64,000 nt of DNA from an uncultured Planctomycetota bacterium (lineage in GTDB: Bacteria; Planctomycetota; Planctomycetia; Isosphaerales; Isosphaeraceae). A program made the translations under genes and the position numbers. Below the pieces are notes generated by a model. The model was not told the DNA's origin. It did no database searches and saw only the letters and a program-made list of their open reading frames with translations. Position 1 is the stretch's first letter; each line of letters begins with the position of its first letter. Shown in pieces: positions 30,992-41,180 of the stretch. Location of the stretch: assembly GCA_963845755.1 (NCBI GenBank), contig CAWJTV010000011.1, positions 928,001-992,000 on the forward strand, read 5' to 3'.

Positions 30992-32673
30992 GGGTGCAGG
31001 AACGCTAATGATTTTTCACGCAGCGATGGGTGCTTGCGTGTCGCGACCTGGCCGCGCGTAGGGATGACCTGGCCGGTTGCGAATCTGGTCGATGAATTCC
31101 TCGTCGTCGTTGAGCCAAGCCTGCGCGGAGGTTGAGCACGGCCTCGGGGTTGGCGTTGTTGTTCCAGAATTTCTCGCTCCCTTTGGCGCACTGGTTGAGC
31201 TGCTTGACCCACGATTCCACCGGGCTGCTGGTGATGGGTAATCCGACCCGGCGGTAGCGCGGGTAGTCCATGCGCGACTGATTATTCTCCAAGTAGCCGC
31301 GCTCGCGATCGAGCACGCACCAGGGATGGTCGGGGTCGTCTTTGGGATTCGTCGGTGGATCGATCCGGCTTTGGTGATCGGCGATCTCGCCCAGGACGTC
31401 CCCGACGCGACCTTCCCAGCACGACTCCGCCCAGTGCCGGCCCAACTCAACGCCTTGGCCAGTGGCCTTGGCCGCGGCGTGCACGTGTTCCGCGGCGTGG
31501 ACGAAATCCAGGATCGGCTCGAAGTCGGCGAAGTGACGACGCTGGATCGACCAGTTATACGGCAGGCCGTCGCTGACGAAGGCCTTGGCCGTGGCGGTGA
31601 AGAAGCCGCGCCGGTCCGCGGCGGCAGCCGCCATCCAACCGAACGTCTCGCTGTCATTCAAGGTGGCCAGCCCGGAGCGGACCACCGGGACCGGTCTCCA
31701 GTCCGGTTTCTCGGCCGGGGTCGCCGATTCACTCGCCGGTGGCAGCTCGACAGCCGATCCCAGAGGTCCAGCAAAGCACGTGGGGAGGTTCGGCTGTGGA
31801 TCGACGTCGGATACCTGACGCTTCATCCGCAGCAGGACGGCCGTCTTGGTCTCCCTCCAAGCCGGCTCGTGGACCCCCGGCCCGTGGTCGGGTTGGCGCA
31901 CCTGAATACGACCGCCATCGATCATGACGGCGGCCAACTCGATCGGCGGATTCGCGGCCGTCGTCGGCGTCATCAACGGGCGATCTTTATAGGCCGTCGT
32001 CCGCTCGGTTTGCTCATCGACTCCGATGCCTCCCTGTTCCTGGCAGAGCGTCTGGAGGTGGCGGGGTGAGATCTTCAGTTCCGCAGCGATGCCGGCCAAT
32101 TTCGCGGCCTCGGCGAACGAGCGGGCGGCGATGGCCATCGCGACCAGGATTGCCCGCATCGTCGGGCTATAGCCGCGGTGATCCAAGCCCTGGCGCGGTC
32201 TATTGGGGGAAAAAGACCCGCCGGCATCGCGGGCAAGAGTGCCGTGCCTCTTTGAGGGAGATCGGCCCGTCGCGGGTCTCCAGCGGTCGCTCTTGGATGG
32301 TTCCGGCGCAAGCCTGGCCGCAACCGGGACAGGGTTGCTCGTGCTCGGCGGACTCGGCGCATTCGAGACGCGGTTTGCTCGCAGAGCAGGCGTGCCACCT
32401 TGCGACCGGCTTCGTCGAGCGCGTTGCTCGATGGTGGCGAAGTCGAGCCCCGCACCCGTCTGATCAACCGCGAAGAATTCTTCCTTGACCATCCCGAGAA
32501 GTCGCTGAAGACGGGCATCCTGGGCCGAATCGGTAGGCGAGCCGCGAAACATGACGATCCTCCATGATCAAGCTATCTTGCCCCAACGTCCTTCCACCCT
32601 ATCAAAATTCGTCGAGTTCTCCTATTGACGTTTGGCTACACCCGGATGTGGCGACATTAGCGTTCCTGCTCCC
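30992..32673 (-). mobile_element. ISKra4/ISLre2-like insertion sequence, complete copy 2
   Basis: Terminal inverted repeats GGGTGCAGGAACGCTAATG / CATTAGCGTTCCTGCTCCC (18/19) and 9-bp target duplication TCCGAAGTC at 30983-30991 and 32674-32682. Confidence 0.93.
31005..32552 (-). CDS. DDE transposase (ISKra4/ISLre2-like)
   Basis: IDGG...WRETK, FVSDG, ILDFVHAAEH and YLENNQSRMDY...GLPITSSPVES motifs. Two extra C bases relative to copy 1. Confidence 0.85.
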   Translation of the reverse strand: MFRGSPTDSAQDARLQRLLGMVKEEFFAVDQTGAGLDFATIEQRARRSRSQGGTPALRANRVSNAPSPPSTSNPVPVAARLAPEPSKSDRWRPATGRSPSKRHGTLARDAGGSFSPNRPRQGLDHRGYSPTMRAILVAMAIAARSFAEAAKLAGIAAELKISPRHLQTLCQEQGGIGVDEQTERTTAYKDRPLMTPTTAANPPIELAAVMIDGGRIQVRQPDHGPGVHEPAWRETKTAVLLRMKRQVSDVDPQPNLPTCFAGPLGSAVELPPASESATPAEKPDWRPVPVVRSGLATLNDSETFGWMAAAAADRRGFFTATAKAFVSDGLPYNWSIQRRHFADFEPILDFVHAAEHVHAAAKATGQGVELGRHWAESCWEGRVGDVLGEIADHQSRIDPPTNPKDDPDHPWCVLDRERGYLENNQSRMDYPRYRRVGLPITSSPVESWVKQLNQCAKGSEKFWNNNANPEAVLNLRAGLAQRRRGIHRPDSQPARSSLRAARSRHASTHRCVKNH

Positions 32674-32838
32674 TCCGAAGTCTGGCTGAACGAGTTGAGG
32701 TGGAGCGATCGTATCGATCCGGTTAAGATGGCCGTGTGCCGGTCGATTCCGTGGTTCGTTCCGGAGGGGTGTACCGTCCCCACCGGGGCGTTATCGGATG
32801 TGGCGGAAGGCCCGTGGATGGGCTGAGGAGATGATTGC

Positions 32839-33285
32839 ATGGACGCTGAAAACGGGGGGAAGGCGAAGTTTCGCATTTCGAGCCGGTCGATGATGCTGGC
32901 CCTGGGTGTGCTGACGGTCCTGACCGTGTCGGTGGTCTGGAGTGTCCGGCAGTCACGGCTCACGCAGGAGGCGCTCCACCGGGCCGTCGCCGCCGAACAG
33001 GCTGCGACGCAAGCGCAGGCGAATACCGCGGAGCCGCACCATCCGCTTCGGGGCAGGGCAAAGATCCTCCGAGACGAGGCGCTCCAGCGGGCGGCCCGCC
33101 GCTCTCCGAAGGACGTCGAACGCGTCGGTCACCTTTACCAGGAGCTCGACTCCCTGATGCAGATCCAGAATCGGATCCAGCAGGACCTTCAGACCCTCCG
33201 TCGCCAGAGGCCCAAGCCGGACGCCGCCGCGACCGGGAACACACGCCCGGTACCAGGGTCCGATCCGGCGGCCGGGCTGCCCTGA
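32839..33285 (+). CDS. Hypothetical membrane-anchored coiled-coil protein
   Basis: GAGGAG upstream, one hydrophobic helix and a Q/L-rich helical tail. Confidence 0.6.
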   Translation: MDAENGGKAKFRISSRSMMLALGVLTVLTVSVVWSVRQSRLTQEALHRAVAAEQAATQAQANTAEPHHPLRGRAKILRDEALQRAARRSPKDVERVGHLYQELDSLMQIQNRIQQDLQTLRRQRPKPDAAATGNTRPVPGSDPAAGLP

Positions 33286-33445
33286 CGAGGATGTGAAAGC
33301 ATCGAATAGACGATTCCAGATTCAAGACTTCATGAATGCAATGCCTCATGCAGACAGGAATTACATCCGTCTTCTATCTTGAATCTGCGATCTTGAATCG
33401 ATGCGGCCCCAGCTTCTCAGGGACCTGGGGACTGGAGGACCAACC

Positions 33446-34417
33446 ATGCGAGCGCTGGTGACGGGCATATCGGGCTTCGTTGGCGGGCACCTGGCCGAGC
33501 ACCTGGCCGAGGCGGGCGACCTGGTAGTGGGGGTCTCGGCGTCGGGCCGCTGGCCGGCGGAGCCGGCCCACCTGGGGCGAATCGCTCGGATCGAGCGGTT
33601 CGACCTGATCGATTCGGAGGAGGCCGAGCTGGCCGAGCTGTTGCGCCGCAAGCAGCCGGAGGTGATCTATCACCTGGCCGCGCAGTCGAATCCACAGCAG
33701 AGCGTTTCGGACCCGCGGGGCACCTGGGCGATCAACCTGGGCGGGAGCCTGAACCTGCTGGAGGCGGTGAAGGCGTCGGGCGTGAAGCCGCGGGTGATCC
33801 TGGTCAGCTCGGGGACCTGTTATGGCGATCCGGCGCCGGAGTTCATCCCGGTCCGCGAGGATTGCCCGGTGTGCCCGAATAACCCGTATGCGGCGAGCAA
33901 GGCCGCCGCGGACTTGCTGGGAATCCAGCATCATCGGGGTCATGGTACGGACGTCGTGATCGTCCGGCCGTTCAACCATGCCGGCCCTCGGCAATCCCCG
34001 AGGTACGTCCTGTCCGGGCTGGCGAGCCAGGTGGCCGCGGTCGAATCGGGCCGCAAGGACGCGGTCGAGGTCGGCAACCTCGATGTGGTCCGCGACTTCA
34101 CGGACGTCCGCGACGTGGTCCGCGGCTACCGGCTCCTGGCGACGCACGGCAATCCCGGCGAGATCTACAACCTCGGGAGCGGTCGCGGTACCCGGATCGC
34201 CGATGCGCTGGAACATCTCCGGTCGCTCGCGAAGCGACCGGTCACCGTGCGGGTCAACGCGGCGCGGGTGCGGCCGGTGGACCTGCCGTTGCTCGTCGCC
34301 GACGCGGGGAAGCTCCGCGCCGCGACCGGCTGGGAGCCGCAGTTCACCATCGAGCAGACGCTGGCTGATATGCTGGAGTTCTGCCGTGCAACGGGCGTGG
34401 GACTGACGTCGCGATGA
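33446..34417 (+). CDS. Extended SDR, GDP-4-keto-6-deoxy-D-mannose reductase (Rmd)/GDP-mannose dehydratase-like
   Basis: ALVTGISGFVG, YHLAAQS, NPYAASK, RPFNHAGP and RDFTDVRD motifs. Confidence 0.85.
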   Translation: MRALVTGISGFVGGHLAEHLAEAGDLVVGVSASGRWPAEPAHLGRIARIERFDLIDSEEAELAELLRRKQPEVIYHLAAQSNPQQSVSDPRGTWAINLGGSLNLLEAVKASGVKPRVILVSSGTCYGDPAPEFIPVREDCPVCPNNPYAASKAAADLLGIQHHRGHGTDVVIVRPFNHAGPRQSPRYVLSGLASQVAAVESGRKDAVEVGNLDVVRDFTDVRDVVRGYRLLATHGNPGEIYNLGSGRGTRIADALEHLRSLAKRPVTVRVNAARVRPVDLPLLVADAGKLRAATGWEPQFTIEQTLADMLEFCRATGVGLTSR

Positions 34418-34928
34418 CCGTGATGGTGATGCTGGGACCGGCAAAATGGCATTGAGATAAGGATTAACTCCAGATGGTGTGTACACGTTCACGGGCCGAG
34501 GGTGATTTCCGTTCCGATTGGAGCCGGGTGCGGAAGCATGGAACCTGATCTGGCGACCCCCGGGTCAGAGGCACCCACTTGAACGCGTCGGCGCCGTCGG
34601 ACCGACGCACGCAAGAGCCATCCAGTTTGAGATGACCGGTGCGGGGATTGTAGGGCCAGAGGACGTACACCAACTCGGTTCAAAATCCAATTGTCCCGAT
34701 TCGCCAGAGGCGAATACAGCCGGAGATGGGAGAAAGGAGACAGCGGCCATAGACTCCTCCTCCGCTTCCTGATTCGTCCAAGCGGACACTTGACCGCGGC
34801 CCGTTGCCCCTTTCTAATTCGTTCGCTGGGCGCCCGACTCATTGCCCGTTCACCGACGGCGTGCTCCTCTGATCGCGCCGTGTGACGCGGGGGAACCGAG
34901 CGGCCCGACTGAATGATAGAACCCGGGG

Positions 34929-36029
34929 ATGAACACCCAGGACATGACCATGATCCTACAGATTGGGCTGTCCGTTATTGCCTCGCTGGCGCTGTCGCTT
35001 CAGGGGATGGTCCAGAACGGCCCTCTGATTGGAATTGACTGCAACTACACCCTGGACATGGCGAAGCGTAACAAAGCGTGGAAAGATCGGTTTGAACTCG
35101 TTGACCCATTCGAGCTGTTCGCAAAGAACGGATGCCGGAACGCGCGCATCCGCTTGTGGGTCGGTGACGATGGGATCAATCGTCTGCGATACGCCACCGA
35201 GACTGCCCGTCGTGCGAAGCAGGCCGGTCTCAAACCGTACCTTGTCGTTTTTCTGAGCGACGAGTGGGCGGACTTTGTAAAACAACCAGCGCCGGTTGTT
35301 TGGAAGAAACTAACACCAGAGAAGAAATTGGCGGCGGTGGCAACATACACGGAAAACGTCGTCATCCACATGGCCAAGAATGGGGTTGACATCGACACTT
35401 TCGAGATCGGCAACGAGATTGATTTTGGAATCTGTGGAGAGTTCGAAGAAGAATGGCCGCGGCGCGTGAGTGTCGAATTCATGCGAACGCAAGTCTGGCC
35501 GCGCATGACGCCGATCCTCAAGGCGGCGCAGGCCGGTGTGCTCAAGGTCCAGCCCAAGGCGAAATTCATCTTGCACTTGTCGCAGTGGAATAACGTCAAC
35601 TATTGCATCTCCTTCTGGCAAGCGATGATCGCCGCTGGAGTGCAACTCGACTATCCAGGGCTCAGCTACTTTCCTTCTTCGGCGAAAGAGCCTATGCAGC
35701 GTCCGTTCAGTTTTCTGCAAGCGCAGGGTGGCAAGATTGTCGAGGCACTGCACAAGCCGGTACTAATCTGCGAGACCGGATATCCAGCCGCCGCCAACTT
35801 CGGCGGGCAGTTCGCAGAGTGGAATCTGCTGGCCGAAGGGTATCCCCTGAGCGACGATGGACAAGCCAAGTGGATCGCCGATCTGGCCGCGGTCATTCGC
35901 CATGATCGAGATTTCGCCGGCGTATTCTATTGGAGCCCGGAATGGTATGACGGCGGGCTTTGGGACGCATTCGCGCTATTCGATACGCACGGCGTCGCAC
36001 GGCCGGGAGTGCGATCGTTGACTCCCTAA
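34929..36029 (+). CDS. Glycoside hydrolase family 53-like (arabinogalactan endo-beta-1,4-galactanase)
   Basis: RIRLWV, SDEWAD, EIGNEI (acid/base), ICETGYP (nucleophile) and GVFYWSPEW. Visibly lower GC than the flanks. Confidence 0.8.
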   Translation: MNTQDMTMILQIGLSVIASLALSLQGMVQNGPLIGIDCNYTLDMAKRNKAWKDRFELVDPFELFAKNGCRNARIRLWVGDDGINRLRYATETARRAKQAGLKPYLVVFLSDEWADFVKQPAPVVWKKLTPEKKLAAVATYTENVVIHMAKNGVDIDTFEIGNEIDFGICGEFEEEWPRRVSVEFMRTQVWPRMTPILKAAQAGVLKVQPKAKFILHLSQWNNVNYCISFWQAMIAAGVQLDYPGLSYFPSSAKEPMQRPFSFLQAQGGKIVEALHKPVLICETGYPAAANFGGQFAEWNLLAEGYPLSDDGQAKWIADLAAVIRHDRDFAGVFYWSPEWYDGGLWDAFALFDTHGVARPGVRSLTP

Positions 36030-36542
36030 CGCGCGTCGGTCTGATCGACGAATGGGTGCGCCGTGGCTAAGGTTTGTCTGGTCTTGTCGGGAGTGCCCCG
36101 ACCCCGCTGGAAGAAGGCGGGTCAAACGTTCCGCTGACCTTCAACCGAAAGGATCGAGGGGACAACAGCATGCGGAAGAAGCGACGTGAGGCCCAGCGTC
36201 AAAGGGCCGAGAGACGTTCGCAAGTTAGGCCACGCATGGGTAAGGCTGGATTGCTTGAACTCCAGTCCCAGTGGGTGTGCTCGATCACCGCCGGGAATGA
36301 CGCTGAAACCCGGATTCCTGTCTCACGGGGGCATGCCATTCACCTCCGTGATCTTCCGGCAGGACACACCCTGCAATGAGCAGGGGCAAGGGATGAACGG
36401 AGGCCCTCAACGTGGACCGGACCTGACCGACAACCACGGGATCGCCTAACGGCAGCAATGCCCAAGGCGACAGAGTCCCCGTAGTAGGCATCGGCCCAAG
36501 GGGGACAGGACACAGGGCTTCACCAAGAACGGGGTGACTCGG

Positions 36543-37045
36543 ATGAGTCATTCAGCCCTACTCAGGCTTGAAGCACTGCGGAAGTGCAACACGGACCTCA
36601 ACTGGGTCAACGCGGATCTGTATCGACTCCTCTACAAGACGGATCTCTACATCGTCGCGTATGAGAAAATCAAATCCGCTCCCGGGAACTTGACTCCTGG
36701 CACCGACGGGATGACTCTCGATGGGTTCTCCATGGATGCCATCGACGACATCGTGGCGACCCTGCGAGACGAGGGTTTCCAATTCAAGCCTTCGCGGCGG
36801 GAATACATTCCCAAGGCAAATGGCAAGATGCGGCCTCTCGGCATCTCATCCCCAAGGGACAAGATCGTCCAAGAGGTCATCCATGTGATCCTCGAAGCGA
36901 TCTACGACAGTCCGAAAGGGCCTACCTTTAGCGACTGTAGCCATGGTTTTCGGCCTGGTCGAGGGACTCACACGGCCCTGCATGAGTTCAGGACCAAGTG
37001 GTCTGGTGTGACGTGGATCATCGAAGGGGATATAAAATCCTGCTT
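36543..37045 (+). pseudogene. ltrA: Intron-encoded reverse transcriptase/maturase, N-terminal part
   Basis: GNLTPGTDG, YIPKANGKMRPLGI...DKIVQE, SHGFRPGRGTHTAL, WIIEGDIKSC, then interrupted. Confidence 0.9.
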
Positions 37046-37068
37046 GGATCGGGCATCTTGATACCCTC

Positions 37069-39114
37069 CTAAAAACGTAAGTTGTTGAGATCTCCTGCCC
37101 GCAGTTGCCGGAACCGGGCCAGGGTCTCGGGAGTGTCGGGAAACAGGTAAGTCCTTCTCTCGAAATTGATGTCAATTTGAATTGTTCCATTGTGGATTCG
37201 ATCATAGATCCAGTGTCGTGGGATATTCAGCTTCATGGCCACCTGTGGGACTGTCAAGAAGCCGGGGATCTGGCGTGGGTGCGATTGATGGCGGTCGCGC
37301 ATCAGACCGTGGCTCAGGCGAAGGAGCTGAACCGTGCTGGGCAGAACGGTTCGGCCCCTGGGCGAACGGAAGCCATCTTGGGTCAACTGGCCGGCGATCT
37401 CCTCATCGGTCTTCCCTTCCCGCGCCAGCCGCAGGATCGTGTCCTCCATCTCTCGGCTGCCTGAGAGTCGGGCCAAGGCGCCCACCGTGACTGCGAGGTC
37501 GGCCTCCGACACGTCACCCCCCTTCCAGACGACGCGACAGTGGACCGTGTCCGGGACCCTCCGATCAACGACGACCTTGTCGATCAGGCATCGCAATAGC
37601 GCCTTCTTCTGCTCCTGTGAGAAGCGGTTGGCCTCCCACCATTCCGGGATCGTCCGCCCGGCGTCACTCAGCGCCTGGCGTGTCGCGCTGTCGAGTCGAG
37701 CCCAGGTCGCTGGCTGCGGCTCTTCTCGTGCCCGCGCCTCTTCGGCCTGCTTGAGTTCCCGTAAGGCGATCTCCCAACGCTTCTCGAGTTCCGCCGTCAC
37801 CAGCCGGTTGTCTGGATCGGACTTCTGGAACTGGCGTTCGGCCAGTCGCGCCTGGTAACGAAGTCGTTCCAACTCTTGCTGCCGTGCCCGATGGATCTGT
37901 TCGTGTTCCTCCGAGAGAGACCCCAGGACGCGCTCGTAGATGTCGAGCTCCGCAGGCGCCAAGGCGGCGAAGAAGACTTGCACGACATGGTCGTCGATCG
38001 GGTCCGCGGGGAGGTACTGGCAAACCGGGACCTGATGTTGTTGGCGCAAATAATTGCAGATATAGTGAGTTTTCGGTTTGTACTGCACGACCATCTGGTG
38101 GCCGCACTCGCCGCAGTAGACAATGCCGTGCAACAAGGCTTTTCCCGGCCGGGGAACGCCTCGGGTCCGATTGCGATCATACTCGCTGTAATTGTCGCGG
38201 ATCATGGCCTGGATTTTCTCATAAGTGGCCCAGTCGATGTAGGCCGGATACTTGTCCGGAATGCGGATTCGCCACCCGGCCATCGGCTGGAGTTTCTGCA
38301 CGGCCGGCTGGTTGGGACCGGTTCGGACCGAGCGGGTGCGCCCGTAGACAAATGCGCCCGCGTAGGCGGGATTCTTCAGGGTCGAGCCCAGACCGGCGAC
38401 CGAGGGCCTCTTCCAGGCGACGTCGCCGAAGGAGTCGCGTCGAGGAATGAGCAAGTTTCGCTCTTTGAAGTACCGGACGACTTTGGCAATGGACCGCAGG
38501 CGGAGGAACGTGGCGAAGACCAGATCGATGCGTCCCTGGACCTCGCGATCCGGATGCTTGGTGACGCGTCCCAGCGGATCACGGATGAGGCCGGTCGGCA
38601 GAGTCAGTGCCAGTTCCCCGCGTTGGGCCTTCTTGAGCACGCCATCGATCAGCCGACCCCGGAGGGTATGGAGCTCCAGCTCGGAGATCTGGCCTTTGAG
38701 CCCGAGCAGAAGGCGACCGTTGGGAGTGGAGGGATCGTAGATCCCATCGCGGTCGCCGATGAGGCAATGACGGTAGCCGCAAAGATCGAGCAGTTGATAC
38801 CACTCGGTGCAGTTTCGTGACAGACGGGTGACATCGTAGGAGAAGATGATGCCGACCTGGCCGAGTGTGACCCGAGTGATGAGTTCCTTCAACCCCTCGC
38901 GTCCCACGACGGTGCTGCCGGTCTTTCCCAGGTCGGCATCGATGATCTCGACGTCCTGGGGATCCCAGCCGCACTCACAGGCGCGTTGCCTGAGATCGTA
39001 CTGGAGCCGTTGGCTCTCCAGATTGTTCAGGACCTGATGAGGGCTGGACTGTCGGATGTAGATCAGGGCCTGGCGGCCCCGGTGGAAAGCCGTTACGAGT
39101 TCTGAGATATTCAT
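37069..39114 (-). CDS. Large serine recombinase (resolvase + recombinase + Zn ribbon + C-terminal HTH-like region)
   Basis: YIRQS catalytic Ser, DVTRLSR, LKNPAYAG and CGECG...YIC motifs. Confidence 0.92.
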   Translation of the reverse strand: MNISELVTAFHRGRQALIYIRQSSPHQVLNNLESQRLQYDLRQRACECGWDPQDVEIIDADLGKTGSTVVGREGLKELITRVTLGQVGIIFSYDVTRLSRNCTEWYQLLDLCGYRHCLIGDRDGIYDPSTPNGRLLLGLKGQISELELHTLRGRLIDGVLKKAQRGELALTLPTGLIRDPLGRVTKHPDREVQGRIDLVFATFLRLRSIAKVVRYFKERNLLIPRRDSFGDVAWKRPSVAGLGSTLKNPAYAGAFVYGRTRSVRTGPNQPAVQKLQPMAGWRIRIPDKYPAYIDWATYEKIQAMIRDNYSEYDRNRTRGVPRPGKALLHGIVYCGECGHQMVVQYKPKTHYICNYLRQQHQVPVCQYLPADPIDDHVVQVFFAALAPAELDIYERVLGSLSEEHEQIHRARQQELERLRYQARLAERQFQKSDPDNRLVTAELEKRWEIALRELKQAEEARAREEPQPATWARLDSATRQALSDAGRTIPEWWEANRFSQEQKKALLRCLIDKVVVDRRVPDTVHCRVVWKGGDVSEADLAVTVGALARLSGSREMEDTILRLAREGKTDEEIAGQLTQDGFRSPRGRTVLPSTVQLLRLSHGLMRDRHQSHPRQIPGFLTVPQVAMKLNIPRHWIYDRIHNGTIQIDINFERRTYLFPDTPETLARFRQLRAGDLNNLRF

Positions 39115-39208
39115 GAATAACCTCCGCGCAGATCGCTGAGATGTCGTCGATGGCTTGCTGTTTCACGGTCTTGGGGAGCTTCGACCAGACGTCTTGGGGC
39201 AGGGACAC
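38975..39208 (-). CDS. Small hypothetical ORF of the recombinase element
   Basis: GGAGGA upstream. MSLPQDVWSKLP...; overlaps the recombinase start, so the true length is uncertain. Confidence 0.4.
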   Translation of the reverse strand: MSLPQDVWSKLPKTVKQQAIDDISAICAEVIHEYLRTRNGFPPGPPGPDLHPTVQPSSGPEQSGEPTAPVRSQATRL

Positions 39209-39438
39209 GGCGTTTCATCCTCCTGGATCAGGGAAAGGAGCTCACGGATGGCGTCCGGAGTCCATTTTGTCCCGGGAAGGGTGATCTGGCTTACCATCGC
39301 GCTGGTCGAGGCGACGGGGATGCGGAGCTGCATCCCGTCGCGATAGGCGACGAGTACATGGCCGGAGCCGTGGGGTGGTCGGGAGATCGAGACGACGGCA
39401 AAACGCCGGCGGAAGAGGGGGTGAGTCGGATCCGTCAC
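39163..39438 (-). CDS. Small recombinase-associated protein (Y4bD/Y4pK- or DUF5372-like)
   Basis: VTDPTHPLFRRRF...LRIPVAST, lying upstream of the recombinase. Family recalled, not searched. Confidence 0.55.
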   Translation of the reverse strand: MTDPTHPLFRRRFAVVSISRPPHGSGHVLVAYRDGMQLRIPVASTSAMVSQITLPGTKWTPDAIRELLSLIQEDETPCPCPKTSGRSSPRP

Positions 39439-39500
39439 CTCAATCTCTTCGGGAAGGGATTGAGGCGGGTTGTGGAACGGGGCATCATGAAAGGGTCTCG

Positions 39501-40838
39501 TTCGACGAGATCGATCACCACGTCCTGGTTTCCCTGATCCGGAAGAGGATCTCGGACGAACGCTTCATCGGCCTGATCTGGAAAGCACTCCGGGCAGGCT
39601 ACCTATGGAGGAAGGAACCGGGGGCCTCGTTTATCGGGACCCCGCAGGGGAGCGTGGCCAGCCCTATCCTCGCCAACATCTACCTGCACGAACTCGACCT
39701 CTTCGTCGAGGGACTACAGCAGAAGTACGAGAAGGGCAGCAAGCGGAAGGACAGCCCCGAGTATCACCGGATCAACTATCGCAGGCAGCGAGCGTTGAAA
39801 CGGTCAGGTGGGATCATGACGCCGGAGATTCGCGCTTTGACGAAACAGATGCGATCTCTCCCGTCGATGGACACGTTTGACCCTGGCTTCGTCAGAGTCA
39901 AATACATCAGATATGCAGACGATTGGATCGTCGGCGTCACGGGGCCGAGGTCCCTGGCCGAACAGATCAAGGACGAGATTCAGGCGTTCCTATGGGACAG
40001 GCTGAAACTGCAACTCAGCCAGGAAAAGACGGTCGTCACTCACGCCAAGACCGAGGAGGCCTTCTTTCTCGGGACGCGGCTTCAGGTGGGGGCCGTCAAC
40101 CCACAGCCCAAGGTTACCCACTGCCACAACCAACGGCGGCACTACCGGCGCCGGTGTACGGGGTGGAGCCCGCTGATGCGAGCGCCGATCAGGAAACTGG
40201 TCAAGCGTCTTCACCAGAAGGGCTTCTGTGACGGTGAGGGCATCGCCCGATCCAAGACAGCGTGGGTCTGCCTGGAGGTGAAGCACATCATCGAACTGTT
40301 CAACAGCACCAATTGGGGGCTGTTGAACTACTACAGGTTTGCTGACAACTTCGCCTCCATGAGCCGTATCCAGTACATCCTGCATTTGTCACTTGCGAAG
40401 ACCTTAGCCCACAAGTTGCAGAAGCCCGTTAAGCAGCTCCTCTGCGAACACGGACGCACTCTGCAATTCAACTGGAAAGACGGCGAGGGGAAGGAACGGA
40501 ACACCTTCTTCAAAGCCAACTCCGACTGGACCCGGAACCCCACGGCATTTCTAACGGGAAGAGATCAAACCGACCCACTGGAGATGCACGTCCGATTCCG
40601 GACAAGGTCCCGCCTGGACCACCCATGCATCATCTGCGAAACAACGGTCGGGGTGCAGATGCACCACGTCCGTCACATCCGAAAGATGGAGGGCAAACCT
40701 GTCGGTGGGTTTGCCTGGCTGATGCGACTCCAGAACCGGAAGCAAGTGCCCGTCTGCCGAGAGTGCCACCGTAAGATCCACCGAGGAGAATATGATGGCC
40801 TCCGACTGGCGGACCTGGCATACCGGGTTGGACCGTGA
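39501..40838 (+). pseudogene. ltrA: Intron-encoded protein, C-terminal part (RT, maturase X, HNH endonuclease)
   Basis: GTPQGSVASPILANIYLHELD, YIRYADDW, FLG, GLLNYY and CIIC...HHVRH...VCRECHRKIH. Confidence 0.9.
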
Positions 40839-40986
40839 CACAAATGTAGATCCTGTGTCTGGAGAGCCGGATGCACGAAAACGTGCCTGTCCGGTTCGGG
40901 AGGGGGCGGTTGGATTCCCTTGAGATCAAGGGGCTGGCCGCCTACCTCATCATTAGCTTAGTCGAAAACCCTGGTCATTTAATGAG

Positions 40987-41180
40987 TTACGCCAAAAGGT
41001 CGCCGTTCGCGGGGCGTAACAGATGGGATGAGGCGACTTTGATCACCGGTTCCGCCTCGGGCACGAGGGAGGGGATCGCATGGCCATCGCGATCAGCTCG
41101 GAAGCACGACGCCAGGTAGTCCAGGACGTTGAGCCCTTGCTGCCGACACCAGGTCACCAGGGTCAGCATCCGCTCCACGA
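40987..41180 (-). pseudogene. IS66 transposase C-terminal remnant
   Basis: FVERMLTLVTWCRQQGLNVLDYL...PSL, joined directly to about 100 bp of IS left end. Confidence 0.75.

Larger units (their letters stand above)
37046..39502 (-). mobile_element. 2457-bp large-serine-recombinase element inserted in the intron RT gene
   Basis: TT at both junctions (37044-37045 and 39501-39502). Removing the element restores EGDIKSC-FDEIDH in frame. Confidence 0.88.
36056..40950 (+). mobile_element. Group II intron, subclass IIA
   Basis: Starts GTGCG. Domain V GAGCCGGATGCACGAAAACGTGCCTGTCCGGTTC near 40864, then domain VI ending CTACCTCAT. EBS1 CCATTC (36336-36341) pairs with exon GAATGG, EBS2 TCGATCA (36281-36287) pairs with TGATCGA, and delta ATG pairs with 3-prime exon CAT. 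Confidence 0.93.

Noticed and set aside
988..30992. Composite transposon bounded by the two IS copies
   Set aside because: Copy 2 has its own 9-bp target duplication, indicating independent insertion, and the interval includes gyrA.
36543..40838. Reverse transcriptase as a retron, DGR or defence RT
   Set aside because: Domains V and VI, the GTGCG start, EBS/IBS pairing and the maturase and HNH regions identify a group II intron.
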